Positions 1-13,863 of a DNA stretch of 64,000 bases are shown here, one piece after another. The position numbers and the translations under genes are program-made. Every line of letters starts with the position of its first letter. The stretch's first letter is position 1. Source of the DNA: Paraspadella gotoi (lineage: Eukaryota; Animalia; Chaetognatha); the NCBI GenBank assembly GCA_051294375.1, contig CM119268.1:17300502-17364501 (forward strand), given 5' to 3'. The notes beneath the pieces were generated by a model. That model saw nothing but the letters and a program-made list of their open reading frames with translations, did no database searches and had not been told where the DNA came from.

Positions 1-976
1 GAAGCCGCCGCTGCTTGTCAGCGTGCGATTCCCAGTACTATTGCTTATCGTTATAACTGTACGACCGCTTGTTTGCTTCCTAAGTAATAGTAGTGATACA
101 GATGCGAAAAAGAAAAAGAAACGCACCGCTCTAAGGCTAAAATTGTTTTTATCTTATTTGCATCAAACTTTTAATGACTTTTTAATAACAAATATTCTTC
201 CTCCTTGCCCCTAAAAAAAATCATCATGATCTTCAATATAACTATACGCTATTGATAGTATTTTGTGATTTTTAAATCTCGTTTAAACGAAGCCTCCTTT
301 TCGCATTTATCATTTTTCACGCTGGCCAACGGATTTTTCCAGTTCTTCATTTTCCTCTATTTATATCCCATTTAATGTTCCTTTCCTTTCCTCATCGCCT
401 CCCCCGCGCCTCCCCCTCCTGATCCCTTCTTCTTTTTCATCTCCTCAACTGATCCCTTCTCCCTTTCCTTCCTTCCCACTGATCTCCTCTTCCTTTCATC
501 TTCGCCAGCTTCGTTTTATTTGATCTCTATCCAGTCGTTTCCCTGTTTTTTTTTTTCTTTTCCTCCTTTTTTTTCCGTTTCCTCCTTTTTTTTTTCCATT
601 TGCCTTTTTTTTTTTTGAGTCGTAGGTCGTAGTTTGAGCGCGCAAAAATTGGTAATATATATATATATTCTGGGGGCTTGATACACCTGCGATGATATTT
701 TTTAATGAGGTATTTAAATTTATGATTGTTCGAAAATACTCACTTTGATCCGTTTTTGAGCAAGTAGTTAAAAACTTTTTCTGACCCTGGAGAACAATAG
801 TAAATAACAAATTAACTTAGTGAAAGAAAAAAAAAGATTCACTTTAAAATAGGAAAGTACTTTATCGTAAATATCTCGTGTCTCATGGAATTATTTGAAA
901 AAAAAAAGTAATTCTTCTTTTTCCATTGCGTTTCCAATCTTTTTTCTGTCTCGGATGAAAAGAAAGAGGATAAAGC

Positions 977-1097
<121 letters not shown>

Positions 1098-1745
1098 GAG
1101 CTTATTAAGCCGGGCCCCATAAGCCGAGACCCATATAAGCCGGGCGTCGACCGCTCTAAGAAGCTTTTTTTTTGTTTCGTACCCAAAGCCTTTGATTCCT
1201 TTGGGTTCGTTCGTTGAAAGGCTTTGAAAGAGGAAAGCTAAAGCGAGGAGACTGAGGAGTCCCCCTGACTCTGCATATCTGCCCGATTTACTGCATCAGT
1301 AAAAGTTGTTTCGACCAGAGAGGAGACGACAGAGGACGTCGTGGTGAAAAAACGGCGACGAAACAGCGACGAAACAGTGACGAAAAAGACGGGAAAACGG
1401 CAGCGAATCAGCGGCGACAAGGCGACGAAACGGCGTCCGGCGATGTGGTTCACTGGAATTGAGCGAATGATGCAAAACGAAACAAAGAAAAAACAGATGA
1501 TCCGAGAGAGAGACCTAGAAAGCGCCTTGCCTCCCGTTTTCAGATCGTATTAGCAATTGCTTAGTGGCCAAAATCAGAAAGAAAAGTCAACTATAAAAAA
1601 AAATATTGAAAAAAGTCATGTTACGATTTCATCTACGTTTTACAACATGACGGCAAAGCTGTGGAGGGACGAAAACTTTTAACCTATGCAATTAATTCAA
1701 ATATGATTTATTATAATTTATTGAGATATGCACACGAATCAAATC

Positions 1746-1799
<54 letters not shown>

Positions 1800-2516
1800 T
1801 TAATTTTCGCGGCGTCACGTTTTCGCTCCGATGGCGTGAGTTGCGCCACCGGCGACAAAATTGAACCCAATGAAAAAACAAAACTAATTCGTTTTTTTTT
1901 CTTGACGTCGAAACAAATTTAAAAAAAACATTACCAAAGGATAAAACATTTTTTCTCATTTTGACGAATTTGAGGCTTTTGGAATTAGAATAAAAATCGA
2001 ATCAAAATAAAACGCAGACGAAACAGAAAAAAAAAGGAGTCCAAGAACGGCGTGAGACGTACACACGACGACGACGACGACGACGACGACCACGAAGACG
2101 ACGTCGACGACGACGACGTTGCATCTTAGCGACGACTCCTCTCGTCACAGGCGTTAATCCATCGGCGGCTCTGGATTTTTTGGGGCGGGCTGCTGGAGCG
2201 AAAGCGAAAGCGGAAAAGCCGGCGGTGATGCTGCGGCTGTGGCGGAGACTGAAGCGGCTGCGTTGGCGGCGTCGCGCCACGATTTTCGTCGGGCGCCAAT
2301 GAACGATCGACTCTCGCGCGCGCAACACGTTACACAGAGTCGTTTCGGCGACGACGACGATGGCGACGTCGACGAACGAAACGACTACGAAGACGACGTG
2401 CGCGCGACGTCGGTTTTTAACCAGCGGCGTCAGCAGCGGCGGAGCGGTACAGTCACCAGCAGAACTCCCGGAGAACGTGCACGGAAGCCTGGCACTTTTT
2501 TTTTTTTTAACAATCT

Positions 2517-2603
<87 letters not shown>

Positions 2604-3244
2604 TTAACCCGTGAACTCCGTGGAATGTTGAAGTTCCCATTCGGGAACGAAAGCGAAGAAACGGGGAAAAATTGGTCTTGGAAGGTCGATCGGTAATTCG
2701 GTATCGCGTGGTTGAGTAAAAGCGGCAAGAAACTTAATACAGATTTAAATTCGATACAGGTTGGGGATGAAAACTGGGAATGTTTAATGTGCAACATTCG
2801 ATTATTAGAACAATCAGAATAACCCAATATTCAGGATTAAGTATCGTAATAGGATTGAATTTAGTGTAGAAGTCCTCATTCATAATGGAACATCGGAAAA
2901 TCCATTTCATCTGAAATATCGGGTTGCGGAAAGATTTTCTTTTACATCGTCAATCGTACATAGAATGTAAATTTTTTAAATCTACGCTGACGGCGTAAAC
3001 AAATGTGACTGCAGCCAATAAATTATTAATCTTGTTTGAGTCGTTAGCAAGAGATTTACATGGAAATTACCCTTGAAGATGAGATGCATCGTTGTTATTC
3101 GAAAAAAAACAAAAAACATTTCCCTTTTAATTCGTTTAAGACTTTAAGTTCTTCAAGTTGATACGAGGAATAGTAAACCAGGCTTTCACCTTGTGGACAT
3201 CCCCGAGGCCCTCGCATGATCCCACACGTTTGCTTGACCAGTTA

Positions 3245-3520
3245 CACTGACTTGTTCCCCTGACCCGTTCGCTTGATCCGTTCTCCTGACCCGCTCGCCT
3301 GTCCCGTTCTCGGTGTTAACTTACCTGACCCGTTTTCCAGATCCATTTGCCAGACCAGTTTGGCTGACAGGTTCGACTGACCCGTTCCCCTGACCCATTC
3401 TCCATGCCAACTTACCTGACCCGTTCTCCAGATCCGTTTGCCAGACCAGTTTGACTGACCCGTTCGCCTGACCCCATTTCCCGACCCGTTCGCCTGACTC
3501 GTTCGCCTGACTCGTTCGTC
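3245..3520 (+). repeat. Degenerate ~13-bp minisatellite (CCTGACCCGTTCN)
   Basis: About 20 variable units of the CTGACCCGTTC core. Confidence 0.8.
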
Positions 3521-4116
3521 CACACGAAAGACCTCATTTTCCGACGGAGACGTTGATTGCATCGAAGCGGGAAATTACTCTCGGTGATTAAGGACACTCG
3601 TGTCTCTCTCTTCTCTCCTCTATCATCTCTCTCTCCTCTCTTCTCTCTCTCTTCTCTCTCTCTCTCTCTCTCTCCTTTTCCCTCTTGAGATTAGAATGCT
3701 GGTGACGGGACGAGGTGTCGCCAACGCAGCCGAGTCTACGCAGCGCGATTTCCATCCCCACGAATCCTTTGGTGCGACATTCTTAGTCGCTGATGTAGTT
3801 GGAATTACGTTACTAAGTAACTAATTCAGTTACCAACACTTTGTTCTTGTTTTTGTAATTTTATTTGCTCTTCTGTTTGTTTTTTTAGTTGATAATTTGT
3901 TTATTATTTGTACAAGTTGATAATTTGTTAAAATTTGTAGTTGACAATTTGTTGTTGTTGGTTTTGTTGGTTCTGGTTGTTCTTAGTATAGTTGTTGTTA
4001 AATTTGTCTTCGTTGTTGTTGTTGTCGTTATCGTTGCCGACGTTACATTTACGTTGTCATCGTCATCATCATCATCATCATCATCATAATGATCATTATA
4101 ATCATTTTTATTATTA

Positions 4117-4217
<101 letters not shown>

Positions 4218-5353
4218 TTTATATCAAAGGCTTGTTAGCTAAAAATGATTCTGACAAAGGTTTCGCATGCGCAATGAGCATAATAGGGTTAATCGAGACT
4301 TCCCCGAAAAAAAAGCGACAATTCCACCCCCAGACTTTTCGAGTAACGAGTCGCGAATACATTATGCTACCTGAGGATTCGTTACCGAATTGGGTTCTAA
4401 AACGATTTCAATCTGCCATTATCTCCATTATCATCATCCACATTTATCCTCTCCATCGTCAGTTTAATGTTTTTCTAAGATATTTTGTATCCATTAATTC
4501 ATTTTCATCATTACGACGACGACGACTTTGAATCTACGTTGTCTCTTCCAACCATTTCGTTGGCATCTCGATAGACCAACCATCGGCGCTGAATTTCTTG
4601 TTCGCGAGAGAGAAAAGTAAGGAAAGCGAGATCAGAATCGGGTACGAATGTGGGGGGAAAAAGAAGGGATTTCAAAGGGGCCTTGGGATTTTGGGAAAGG
4701 GGGTGAAGAGGAAAGGGGGAAGGAAAAGGGCGGGTCTTCCTTCGTTTCTTCGTTTCATTAAAAAGTCAAAACAGGATTCAAAGAAAGGGGGAGGAGTGGG
4801 AAAAAAAAGAAAGGGAGGAAGAGAAGAAAAGGAAGAAAATAAAAAAAGACCGGTTGAGGCAAAGGGATATATATAGAGAACAAAAAAGAAAAAAAAATCA
4901 AAAGAATCATCAAACAAATGTAGTATGAAGGAAAAAATAAAACACATATATTTACTAAAAGAAAAAATAGTTAATAATAGAGGAGAGGGAGAACCGTTCC
5001 ATAGAAATCGGGGCCAGCGGGAGAAGGGCCAGCAGCGGCAGAAGCGTCAGAAAGAAACGGAAGCGATGGTAGCAGCTGCTGCGGCTGGCGACTCCTGCTG
5101 CGTCGCACTGTTGCATGAGCATGCGAGGAATCATTTGGCGCAATACGACGACGACGACGACGATAACGACAAAGACGCAAATGACGATGACGACGACGAC
5201 GTCGTTCAAGACTGAGCAGGTGAAGAGACAGAAAATGATTTTTGGACTGACAAAAAAAATTAATCTCGCTCCCCCCAAACGACAAAAAAAAAAAAAAGAC
5301 GTCAAGACGATTTGAAAGACGATGATAATAAAGACGAAGAAGTTAACAAGAAA

Positions 5354-5386
<33 letters not shown>

Positions 5387-5920
5387 AGGAGCGTTCTGAT
5401 AAGAATGACGTGGATGACAACTTTGAACGTTAATGTCTCCCTGGAGACTTCATTAATGTTGTTATTGTGATTCAGAAGAAGAAGAAAGAAGAAAAAAAAT
5501 ATGATTCTGTTGCTGACGATGTCATTCGTTTGTGATTCAATATTCGATATTCAACGTAATTGGTTAGGAAAAATGTTATAATACGAGTTTGCGACGTTTT
5601 GTGTCTAATTCAATACATTTTAGTCGTAGACGGTAAAGGGACGCGGATGAGCCTTAAACTTTCGGCTAGTACTAAAATTGTGGACTGATTGTAAATAGTA
5701 AAGAAACCTTGAAATATATTACAATGATTAATAATTTGTTTGTTCGTGACCTTATTTCAAATTTCAGTCTTTTCTTCCCCCTCCTCTTTCAACTCCCAAG
5801 CTTTCCAAAAACGCGACTGAACTCATCTCGTCCGTTCGCGGATCTTCATGGACTTACGGACAGGGATACTTCTCCGTCTATCCCATCGGGGGATGTTCCA
5901 TGGACTGGGCCAAGAGGGAC

Positions 5921-6035
<115 letters not shown>

Positions 6036-7526
6036 ATTAAAAAGTTTGAGACAATTTGATGTTTTGTTTCAGGCATTAAGTATTCCTACACTGTGGAACT
6101 TCCTCCGGGGTCCAACACATCTTTTCCCTTTGGATTCGTTCGCCCATTCACGGACATCATACCAGCAGGAGAAGAGGTGCATTTTTAGGCAGATTTTTAG
6201 CTATTGCTTTAGCTTTATATACGATGAATTTGAATATTTCCATATATCACTCTTTATACAACTACATTTATATCTTTAGAATAAAAAAAGTTAATATAGT
6301 AAATCAAATAAGCTACGTAGTTCTATAAACTAACATATATTTGATTCGATTAAAGGTTTAGTATTTCTTCTGTTAAGTATTTGCAACTATTTAATTAGTT
6401 AACTAATTATTAATCGTCATTATTTTTGTGGGAAGTTGCTCTTTTTAGTTCGTTGAGTGATTCACCTTTGAACTACTGTCTCGATTTTGATTCAGGTCTG
6501 GCCGGGCGTCGTCCTTCTCGCAGAAACCGTTTTGAAAGAATGGAAAGAAGAAGAAAGAATGAAAGAGAAAGTGAAAGTCGCAAGCGAAGACTAACGTTGC
6601 TATACGTATTATCGGGTCATGCTATGGTAGCCTAAGAAGTTTATTACATGATGAATCTTAGCTGATATTAATAATCAAATGTAAATAAACATATTCATAT
6701 TTTCTTCATGACAAAAAGATTAACAAAAAGTACGTTAGGCAGGTCCCCCTTTTTTTTCAATTCTTCATAAATATCATTAAACAAATAACTTTGCAATCTT
6801 AATATCATTTAAATTTATGGCAAAAATATTTTTAAATATAAATTTTTAAAGAATTTATATTGTTTTCAAGTAAACAACGTTCATAAGCTCAAAAAAAAAT
6901 AAAAGAATGGATCTTTAACTACCTTATTAAATAAAATAAAAAGTGAGAAAAAATGAAAGGAGCTTCGGTCATGGTTAATCGAAATGCCTCGGTTCGATCC
7001 GGTCTAAACCGGTTATCGGGTGATGTTTTTCGAGCTCCGTCCATTCGACCTTTCGTTGTCCTCCGCCCGCCTTAAAACTTTTTTTATTGCTAAAATAATT
7101 ACACGGTTGCTTTTTTTAAAAATTTATTGGCCTTCATTTGATATTGAGTAATTAATCCTTATTCATATTGAAATTTTATAATTATAAACTTCAATACGAT
7201 TTTTAAAAAAAAAAATTAATAGTGGACTTAAATATTTTAAATGATATAGCGGTAGTATTTCAGTTAAAGTGTCTTCGATTTACGTAGCTAGAGAGAATTT
7301 AAAAAATTAAAAATAATAGAAAAAATTAATGATTGTAAACCAATTTTAATTTATTGATCTTTTATTTCAATTTATTTAGTTGAATTTTCACACTTCCATT
7401 TGAGAAGATTACGAACTACAATCGGTTCGATCCAATGAGTCAATTATTTGATTCGCGCTGCTTCAATTGATTTGCTATCCAGGGTACATTAACCTTGATC
7501 AATTTCTTTCTGTCTCTGATTAACCT

Positions 7527-7570
<44 letters not shown>

Positions 7571-8120
7571 TCATCCAAATCGGTTTTATCCACTCTCATT
7601 AAGATTTAAGCGTTCGATACCTTTGATAGGAAGACGTGAGTATAAAGCTTATATAAGCTATTTATAATTCTGTATTTGAACATGTTTCATGTTCTCAATG
7701 ACCCTTCAAGTTTAGTTAAAGTTTTTTAATTGATTTAAAATATTTTTCTTAGTGAAGTAGAATACTTGAGTGACATACTAATCGCCAATATGTTGGCTAA
7801 ACTTATGAAATTGGTACAACCAATATAATTTCTGTGCAGATTTTCTACTTTTTAATTATGCTGTTGTTTTAAAATCGGATTATTTAATTCACGAATAAAA
7901 AAAATTATATAATGTTATCAAAGACACAAAGAAAATCTAATATAAACAATTGACCTCAGGAAAGCGGATCCACTGACCACTGAGCGGTTACCATTGACTC
8001 GTGACCATTGATGATCCGTTTTCTATTTCTTATTTAATCCAATTAAAAAACTTTTTTCTCGTTCCTTTAAAAGTTATAACATACTGTACAACACATTCAC
8101 TATCGCCACCCGCCAGCGCC

Positions 8121-8272
8121 CATCAGCGCAGCCTCGGTGGCGTAAGAGTAAGAATTCTCTCTTCTCCCCAAGCTGTTTTGGGTTCGCGCCCCATTGGTGT
8201 AAGCGGGACGGGACGTCTGACCCACCTGTAGAGGCGGACTACTAATAATTAACAGGCGGTAATGTAGTCCTA
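8121..8272 (+). mobile_element. Diverged tRNA-derived SINE-like relative of the twister-bearing repeat
   Basis: A-box-like TGGCGTAAGAGT and B-box-like GGTTCGCGCCC, followed by 8201-8230, which matches 40988-41017 at 24/30 nt. Confidence 0.45.
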
Positions 8273-9828
8273 TCTTGTGGCACTAAAATACTTTGGTTAT
8301 TTAAGTGATTTTGTTTTGGTAAATCTATAAAAAAAAATTTTACGATCTTATGAATAAAGTTATTAAACAGATAACTCTTCAACAGATATATATTGCGAAG
8401 TTTGACAAATTTATGGAAATTTATAACTATTGGATCATCATAATTTTGTTAAAGATTATACGTCATTCGACCCGTGACCTTCTCTGACATATTTTTAATA
8501 CTGAGATGAACCTAACATTAAAGACGAATAGCAGGATGTTTTTCATTGAGGATGTGAAAAGTTCGCAATAACGCGTGACACGCCGGAATGTGACCTCATC
8601 CATGGTTCAACGACCAGACCATTCTTAATGATCCGCCCAGAGTTTATTGGTCGATAGATCGAACTCAAATTAGATTTACTCATCAAAATGTGTTAGGTGG
8701 AAAAACCGCGGATCTACGTATAAATTTGAATTACTTCGCAACTAAACTTATTTCGTTATTTGGCGTCACAACGATTCGAAAAGTTGAAATTTAAAAAGAA
8801 AAAGGAAGAAAAAAAAAAAAGAGAAAAAATTACTGACAACGATTTCCAACTTTTTAGCGACAGGAAAATTTTGAAAACTTTACTTAAATCTAATTAAACT
8901 TTTCGCGGTCGTCTAAAAATTGTGACGAAGTCAGCGAATCCACTTATCCTTCGTCCTATTATTGTTAAACTGCTCACATTCGAAGCAGGTAAACAATGGG
9001 GAAGAAAATAATTACGTCAATTAAATGCTATGATACAGCTAAATTAAAAATTACCAAATCAGCGAATCTAAAATTCGTTCCCAAAAGTCGTTTTTGAGAC
9101 TAGACGCGACGTAATATAGTCAAAATTTAATGTCATATAATAAAGAACATATAATAACATGAGTTTTACTAAGCGAAGCATGAGTCTAATTCCTTTTCGA
9201 CAGTTATTGTGCGCCTCGAGTTTTTGATCGACTTTTTCGCGACGTCGACCGAAATTTTGAAGTCGAAAAATGGTTAAGAGCCTCAGTTTGAGAATCTTAC
9301 CTGCGAGAAGTCTTTGAACAAGTCAAAAAAAGAAGCAATGAAATTCTTTGGGGGATGTTTTGCGACAGAAAATACGAATACGTCGATTAAAGTCATTTCT
9401 GCGAGGATCATGAACAAATCCTTTTTGACAAACCTATGACAAAAAAAATTTCTGTCGCAAAAAATTAAAAAAGAATTCCTACAATAACTTTTGTGAAGTC
9501 GTAAATCTATATAATTATAAATTATTAATTCGCAATTTGCTCTTCCTCGAAACAGCGAGTACATTTCGTTCCGGCCCCGAAGTTTTCATTTTTTCGGTTC
9601 GCCTCTTCAAATCGACTCAATTGTACTTCACCTCGGAGGGTTAAAGGTCTTTACTTTTTCTTTTTAGGATTTTTTTTTCTACTGCGAACGTATAAAAGAG
9701 ATCGAACGGAATTTCTTCGCATATTTACCGCTTTAACCAATCTTCTGCATCGCCGATTTAAAAAAAAAAGGAAAAAACTACCGTGTAAAGACGGAACTTA
9801 ACTCGACTGTGCGAAAACTGAAGAAAAA

Positions 9829-11800
9829 ATGTCCGTGGAAAGACCTATCGAAAACGTTTGTCGGCCACCGGCATCGCCGAGTCTGTCGGCCGGGATGCCG
9901 ACGAAGCCTTTGCCGGAATCGATCCTGCGTCGGAAGACTCGTCCAGAGAATCTCGAGGAATTGGTGGAGGTCAGTTTCAGTTATTTATTGGGGGAGTTAC
10001 AGATTTTTATATATTTTTTTAATGTTTTGTGATGAGAAAATTTTTTTTCTATCCTATATACATGACCATAACCACTTTACTATGGCAACGAGGGGACAGG
10101 GTTGAGACTTGGGGGGGGTAGGCTTCTCCCGACAGCCGGCTTTGTACCTGCAGTGACCATCCCGTATCACCGGCGTGATTATGATATTAGCATCACACTT
10201 AACTTTACCGTGAGGGATTTGAACCTGAACTCACGGTTTTTAAACGAGTACTTCGCATTCTACGCTATTGAGACGAGATAAGCTGGGAGTCGAATTAAGA
10301 ATTCGCCACAGTACCAATTAAATCATTACCCCCCCCCTACAATAACAGGGCCTGCACGAACTCTTCAGCGATGAAATGGTGGACATCGATTTGGTCACGT
10401 CATGGATGGAATCTTATCCTGGACTCAAATCCGATTGGAAGAAATTCGAAAAAGTCGACAAGTACAGGTTAATTAAAAGTGGAAAAGATAAGGGATGGTG
10501 TGGGAAAATAATAAAATTAAGTAAAAATACAAATAGTCAGCGTTAACAGGTTTGCAACACAAATATGATAATGGAGCGATATTTTGAAAAAAAAAGAAAA
10601 AGAAAAACGCCCAGCTTAATTTTTTTTTTGGTAATATTCCGACAGACAGGAATATTCCATTCAGACAGACAGGTTTGCGGAATGAAACTCTTTTAGAAAA
10701 TTGAGGCGACTTAACTCGGCCCTGTGTCTTCTCCTGTCTCGTGCCAATCGGTCACCACGGTCAAATCAGCCTCCTTCGGCCTTGACCTCAGATTGACAAA
10801 AGATTGACAAAAGGGGCCGAGGAGACCGCGATGTCAAATCGCTTCTGGATGTCGTATTGTGAGAAAAGGAAAGGAGCTCATCTCAGATCCTTCAGCTTTT
10901 TGTTGTTAGTTTTTGTTCGACTTGTGTTTTAATTGAAAGCCACCTCTTTCAGGTACACTCGGAACCTCGTCGACGCTGGAAACGGGAAGTTCAATTTGAT
11001 TCTGATGTCGTGGGGTGAGGGAATGGGCAGCGGCATTCACGACCACGCAGACTCTCACTGTTTCATGAAGATTTTGGACGGGGAACTCAAGGTGATTTAT
11101 GGAATGGGTCGCGTGAAAGGATAGGGTCAGTTTGAAAGTGAAATGAGCGATTAGCTTGAGAGAATCTTTATGTGGGCCAGTGATTAGTACGTATAAGTTC
11201 TCTCGCCTGTCACTTACATATTCATGACATATATTTGACACATTCCATATAACAGAAAAAAACCCGTCCTCTTTTCAGGAAACCCTGTATGATTGGCCCG
11301 ACGAAACAAAGGACGAAGAAGTCCCTGTAGAAGCAGACGAAACGAAACTTCGAAAAAAAGGGACGACGATTTACGAATTTCCAAAAGTGGCCTACATCAA
11401 CGATTCCATCGGTCAGGAAATGGGAGGGGTGTGGTTGACGTTGTTGTTGTTGTTGTCGTTATTTTATGCTTTTTGCTGTCGTCGCCGTTGGTTGTTCTTG
11501 TATCTTGTTGTAGTTGGTTTTTATTGTGGTCAGTTGTTGTATAAACTTCAACTTCACCTCACCTTCAACGCCCCGACGACAACCCTTCCCGCCTTCCCAG
11601 GTCTCCACCGCGTGGAGAACAACAGCGACGCCTCCCGCGCTGTCTCCCTCCACGTCTACTCTCCGCCCTTCGACACGTGTCGCTGTTTCGACGAGAGAAG
11701 CGGAAAGGCCAACTCCATCAGCATCACCTTCTACAGCAAATTCGGGAAGCGGACGCACGGGGAAGTTCGGTCCGCCGTCAGGCAGAGGGAGAACAATTGA
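9829..11800 (+). CDS. CDO1: Cysteine dioxygenase type 1 (cupin, 3-His non-heme iron enzyme), multi-exon gene
   Basis: Exons with GT-AG boundaries and consistent phases: 9829-9969, 10349-10467, 10953-11091, 11279-11411, and 11601-11764 or read-through to TGA at 11800. An alternative last exon is 12084-12125 (VCHRVLATLGRCF*). The joined protein has [44 protein letters not shown]...[14 protein letters not shown]...[11 protein letters not shown]...FYSKFGKRT. This includes the CDO HDH...H iron ligands, the cross-link Cys and Tyr, and the S-H-Y triad. Confidence 0.95.
10190..10274 (-). mobile_element. tRNA-derived SINE head remnant in CDO intron 1
   Basis: On the minus strand, A-box-like TAGCGTAGAATG (10267-10256) and B-box GGTTCAAATCC (10225-10215) at tRNA-like spacing. 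No full cloverleaf. Confidence 0.45.
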
Positions 11801-11890
11801 TGGAGATGGGAGAAAGGCTTGGAGAACAATTGATGGAGAAGGGAGGAAAGGCTGGGAGAGCAATTGATGGAGAAGGGAGAAAGACTGGGA
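11788..11890 (+). repeat. ~33-bp tandem repeat, 3 copies, at the 3' end of CDO
   Basis: GGAGAACAATTGATGGAGA.. at 11788, 11821 and 11855. The first copy supplies the read-through stop at 11798-11800. Confidence 0.85.
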
Positions 11891-12787
11891 GTTGCAACAG
11901 GCGCGGGGTTCGAAATTGGGAGTGCAAAGAGCATAGGAAGCGAAATCTTCAAACGTCGTGCAATGATTTTAAATTTTCATATTCTTTGCCCATGAATTTT
12001 GAAATTTCTTAAACTAGTTTATTTCGGAAATGACTTGGATTTAAATTTTTTTTCTCTTCGAGGTCTTTTGTTTTTTTCTTTAGGTTTGTCATCGAGTGCT
12101 AGCGACACTAGGGAGATGTTTTTGAAAACTCTTTATGCTTTTGTTTGTTCTCCTACTGTTGATTAGCTTGATATAATGAATCGAATATTTTGTTTGTTAT
12201 TATATATGAAATGTAAAAAAAATGAATTTCATTTTCTTAAATGCGATTCTTTTTAATATCTCAAAAATAAACTGAAAATGGTAGAATTTATGAAAACGAA
12301 TCCGATAAAAACTTAGTAATATGATGTACATGTGTACTTTTATTGAAGTATAACGATAAAAAATACATATAAATCCTGGGCCTTATTCTGGTTCAATTCC
12401 CTATTTAAGTCCCTCCCTTCCCTCTCGGATTTTGTCCGATCTCCATGTGTCACAGAATCCAGAGTTTTCCCTCGTCCTTGAGGGATTGGGAGGGTCAAAG
12501 GTCTAACGTCCGCCATGGACCGCTGGCTGAGGGTCAAGCGATTCGTTCCAAGGTCAAAGGTCAAACGGTCCGCACTTGGCCGGCAAATGGGGACGAGCAA
12601 AGGCGATTAATTCCACGACATTAATTGAAGATAGGCCTGAAATAAATGCGGGTTCTGCCGAATGAAAAAGAAAATAATTACCCAGACTGACTTCCCACCG
12701 CCCCGTCCGTGGATTCGTTTCTCCTCGCGAAAGACCTCGAGTCGTCTTCCTCGCGTCGAGGTCACGCTGAGGAAACCGAGGCGCTCT

Positions 12788-12849
<62 letters not shown>

Positions 12850-13240
12850 ATCTCACACTATCTCTCGGATATACATACAAAATACAACCTGGGGAGCATA
12901 GAGGCTATTTCCTTTTCTCTATTTGTGTACGTAGACGAACTCAAAGTCCTAGGATAATCTTCAATTTCATTCTTTTAAAAGTATTAATAATAAAATAGAT
13001 GTTGTAATTTACACAAACGCGGTCTTGTGGGAAATTTTGAGTGAGACCCAGCGTGAGAAATAGAAAGAGAGAGAGAGAGAAAGAGAAAGCAACTGTTTAT
13101 TAAAATACTGGTAAAAAATTGTTTACGACCAAGCTCCAAAAAATGGTCTGTGCTTAAAATGTTCCAATTCATACTATTAAAAAAATGAGCGGGAGAAAAA
13201 AAGAAAAAAGAAAGAAAGAAAAAAAGAAAGAAAGAAAGAT

Positions 13241-13342
<102 letters not shown>

Positions 13343-13637
13343 TGTTGGGAGGTGCAGAAAGAGACTCGGGACTCGCAATCTGGGTCCCGGCCAAAATCGG
13401 TTGCCTCGCTCGTCTCTTTAAAGTTAATGGAATTTAAAGCAGCAGTTAAAATTTAAATCGGAACTGAGCTCAACTCATTAGCACTCATTCCCGGCCGGTG
13501 GTTAGGAGCGATGTCCCCGATTGTAAAACAGCGCCACCTTAATTCCTCAATTAAAAGATTGAAATTGAAACAGTTCTGACCGTTTTTAATAAAAAATATT
13601 ATTCCTGATTTGGAAAATTGAAAAGGGGAGACGGTTT

Positions 13638-13673
<36 letters not shown>

Positions 13674-13725
13674 TATTTCTTTTTTTCTTTTTTTCTTTTT
13701 TTCTTTTTTTCTTTTTTTCTTTTTT

Positions 13726-13863
<138 letters not shown>

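Noticed and set aside
6960-7010. B-box-like GGTTCGATCC (also GGTTCAAAACC near 38748) as tRNA genes
   Set aside because: No cloverleaf or convincing A box. At most these are eroded SINE remnants.
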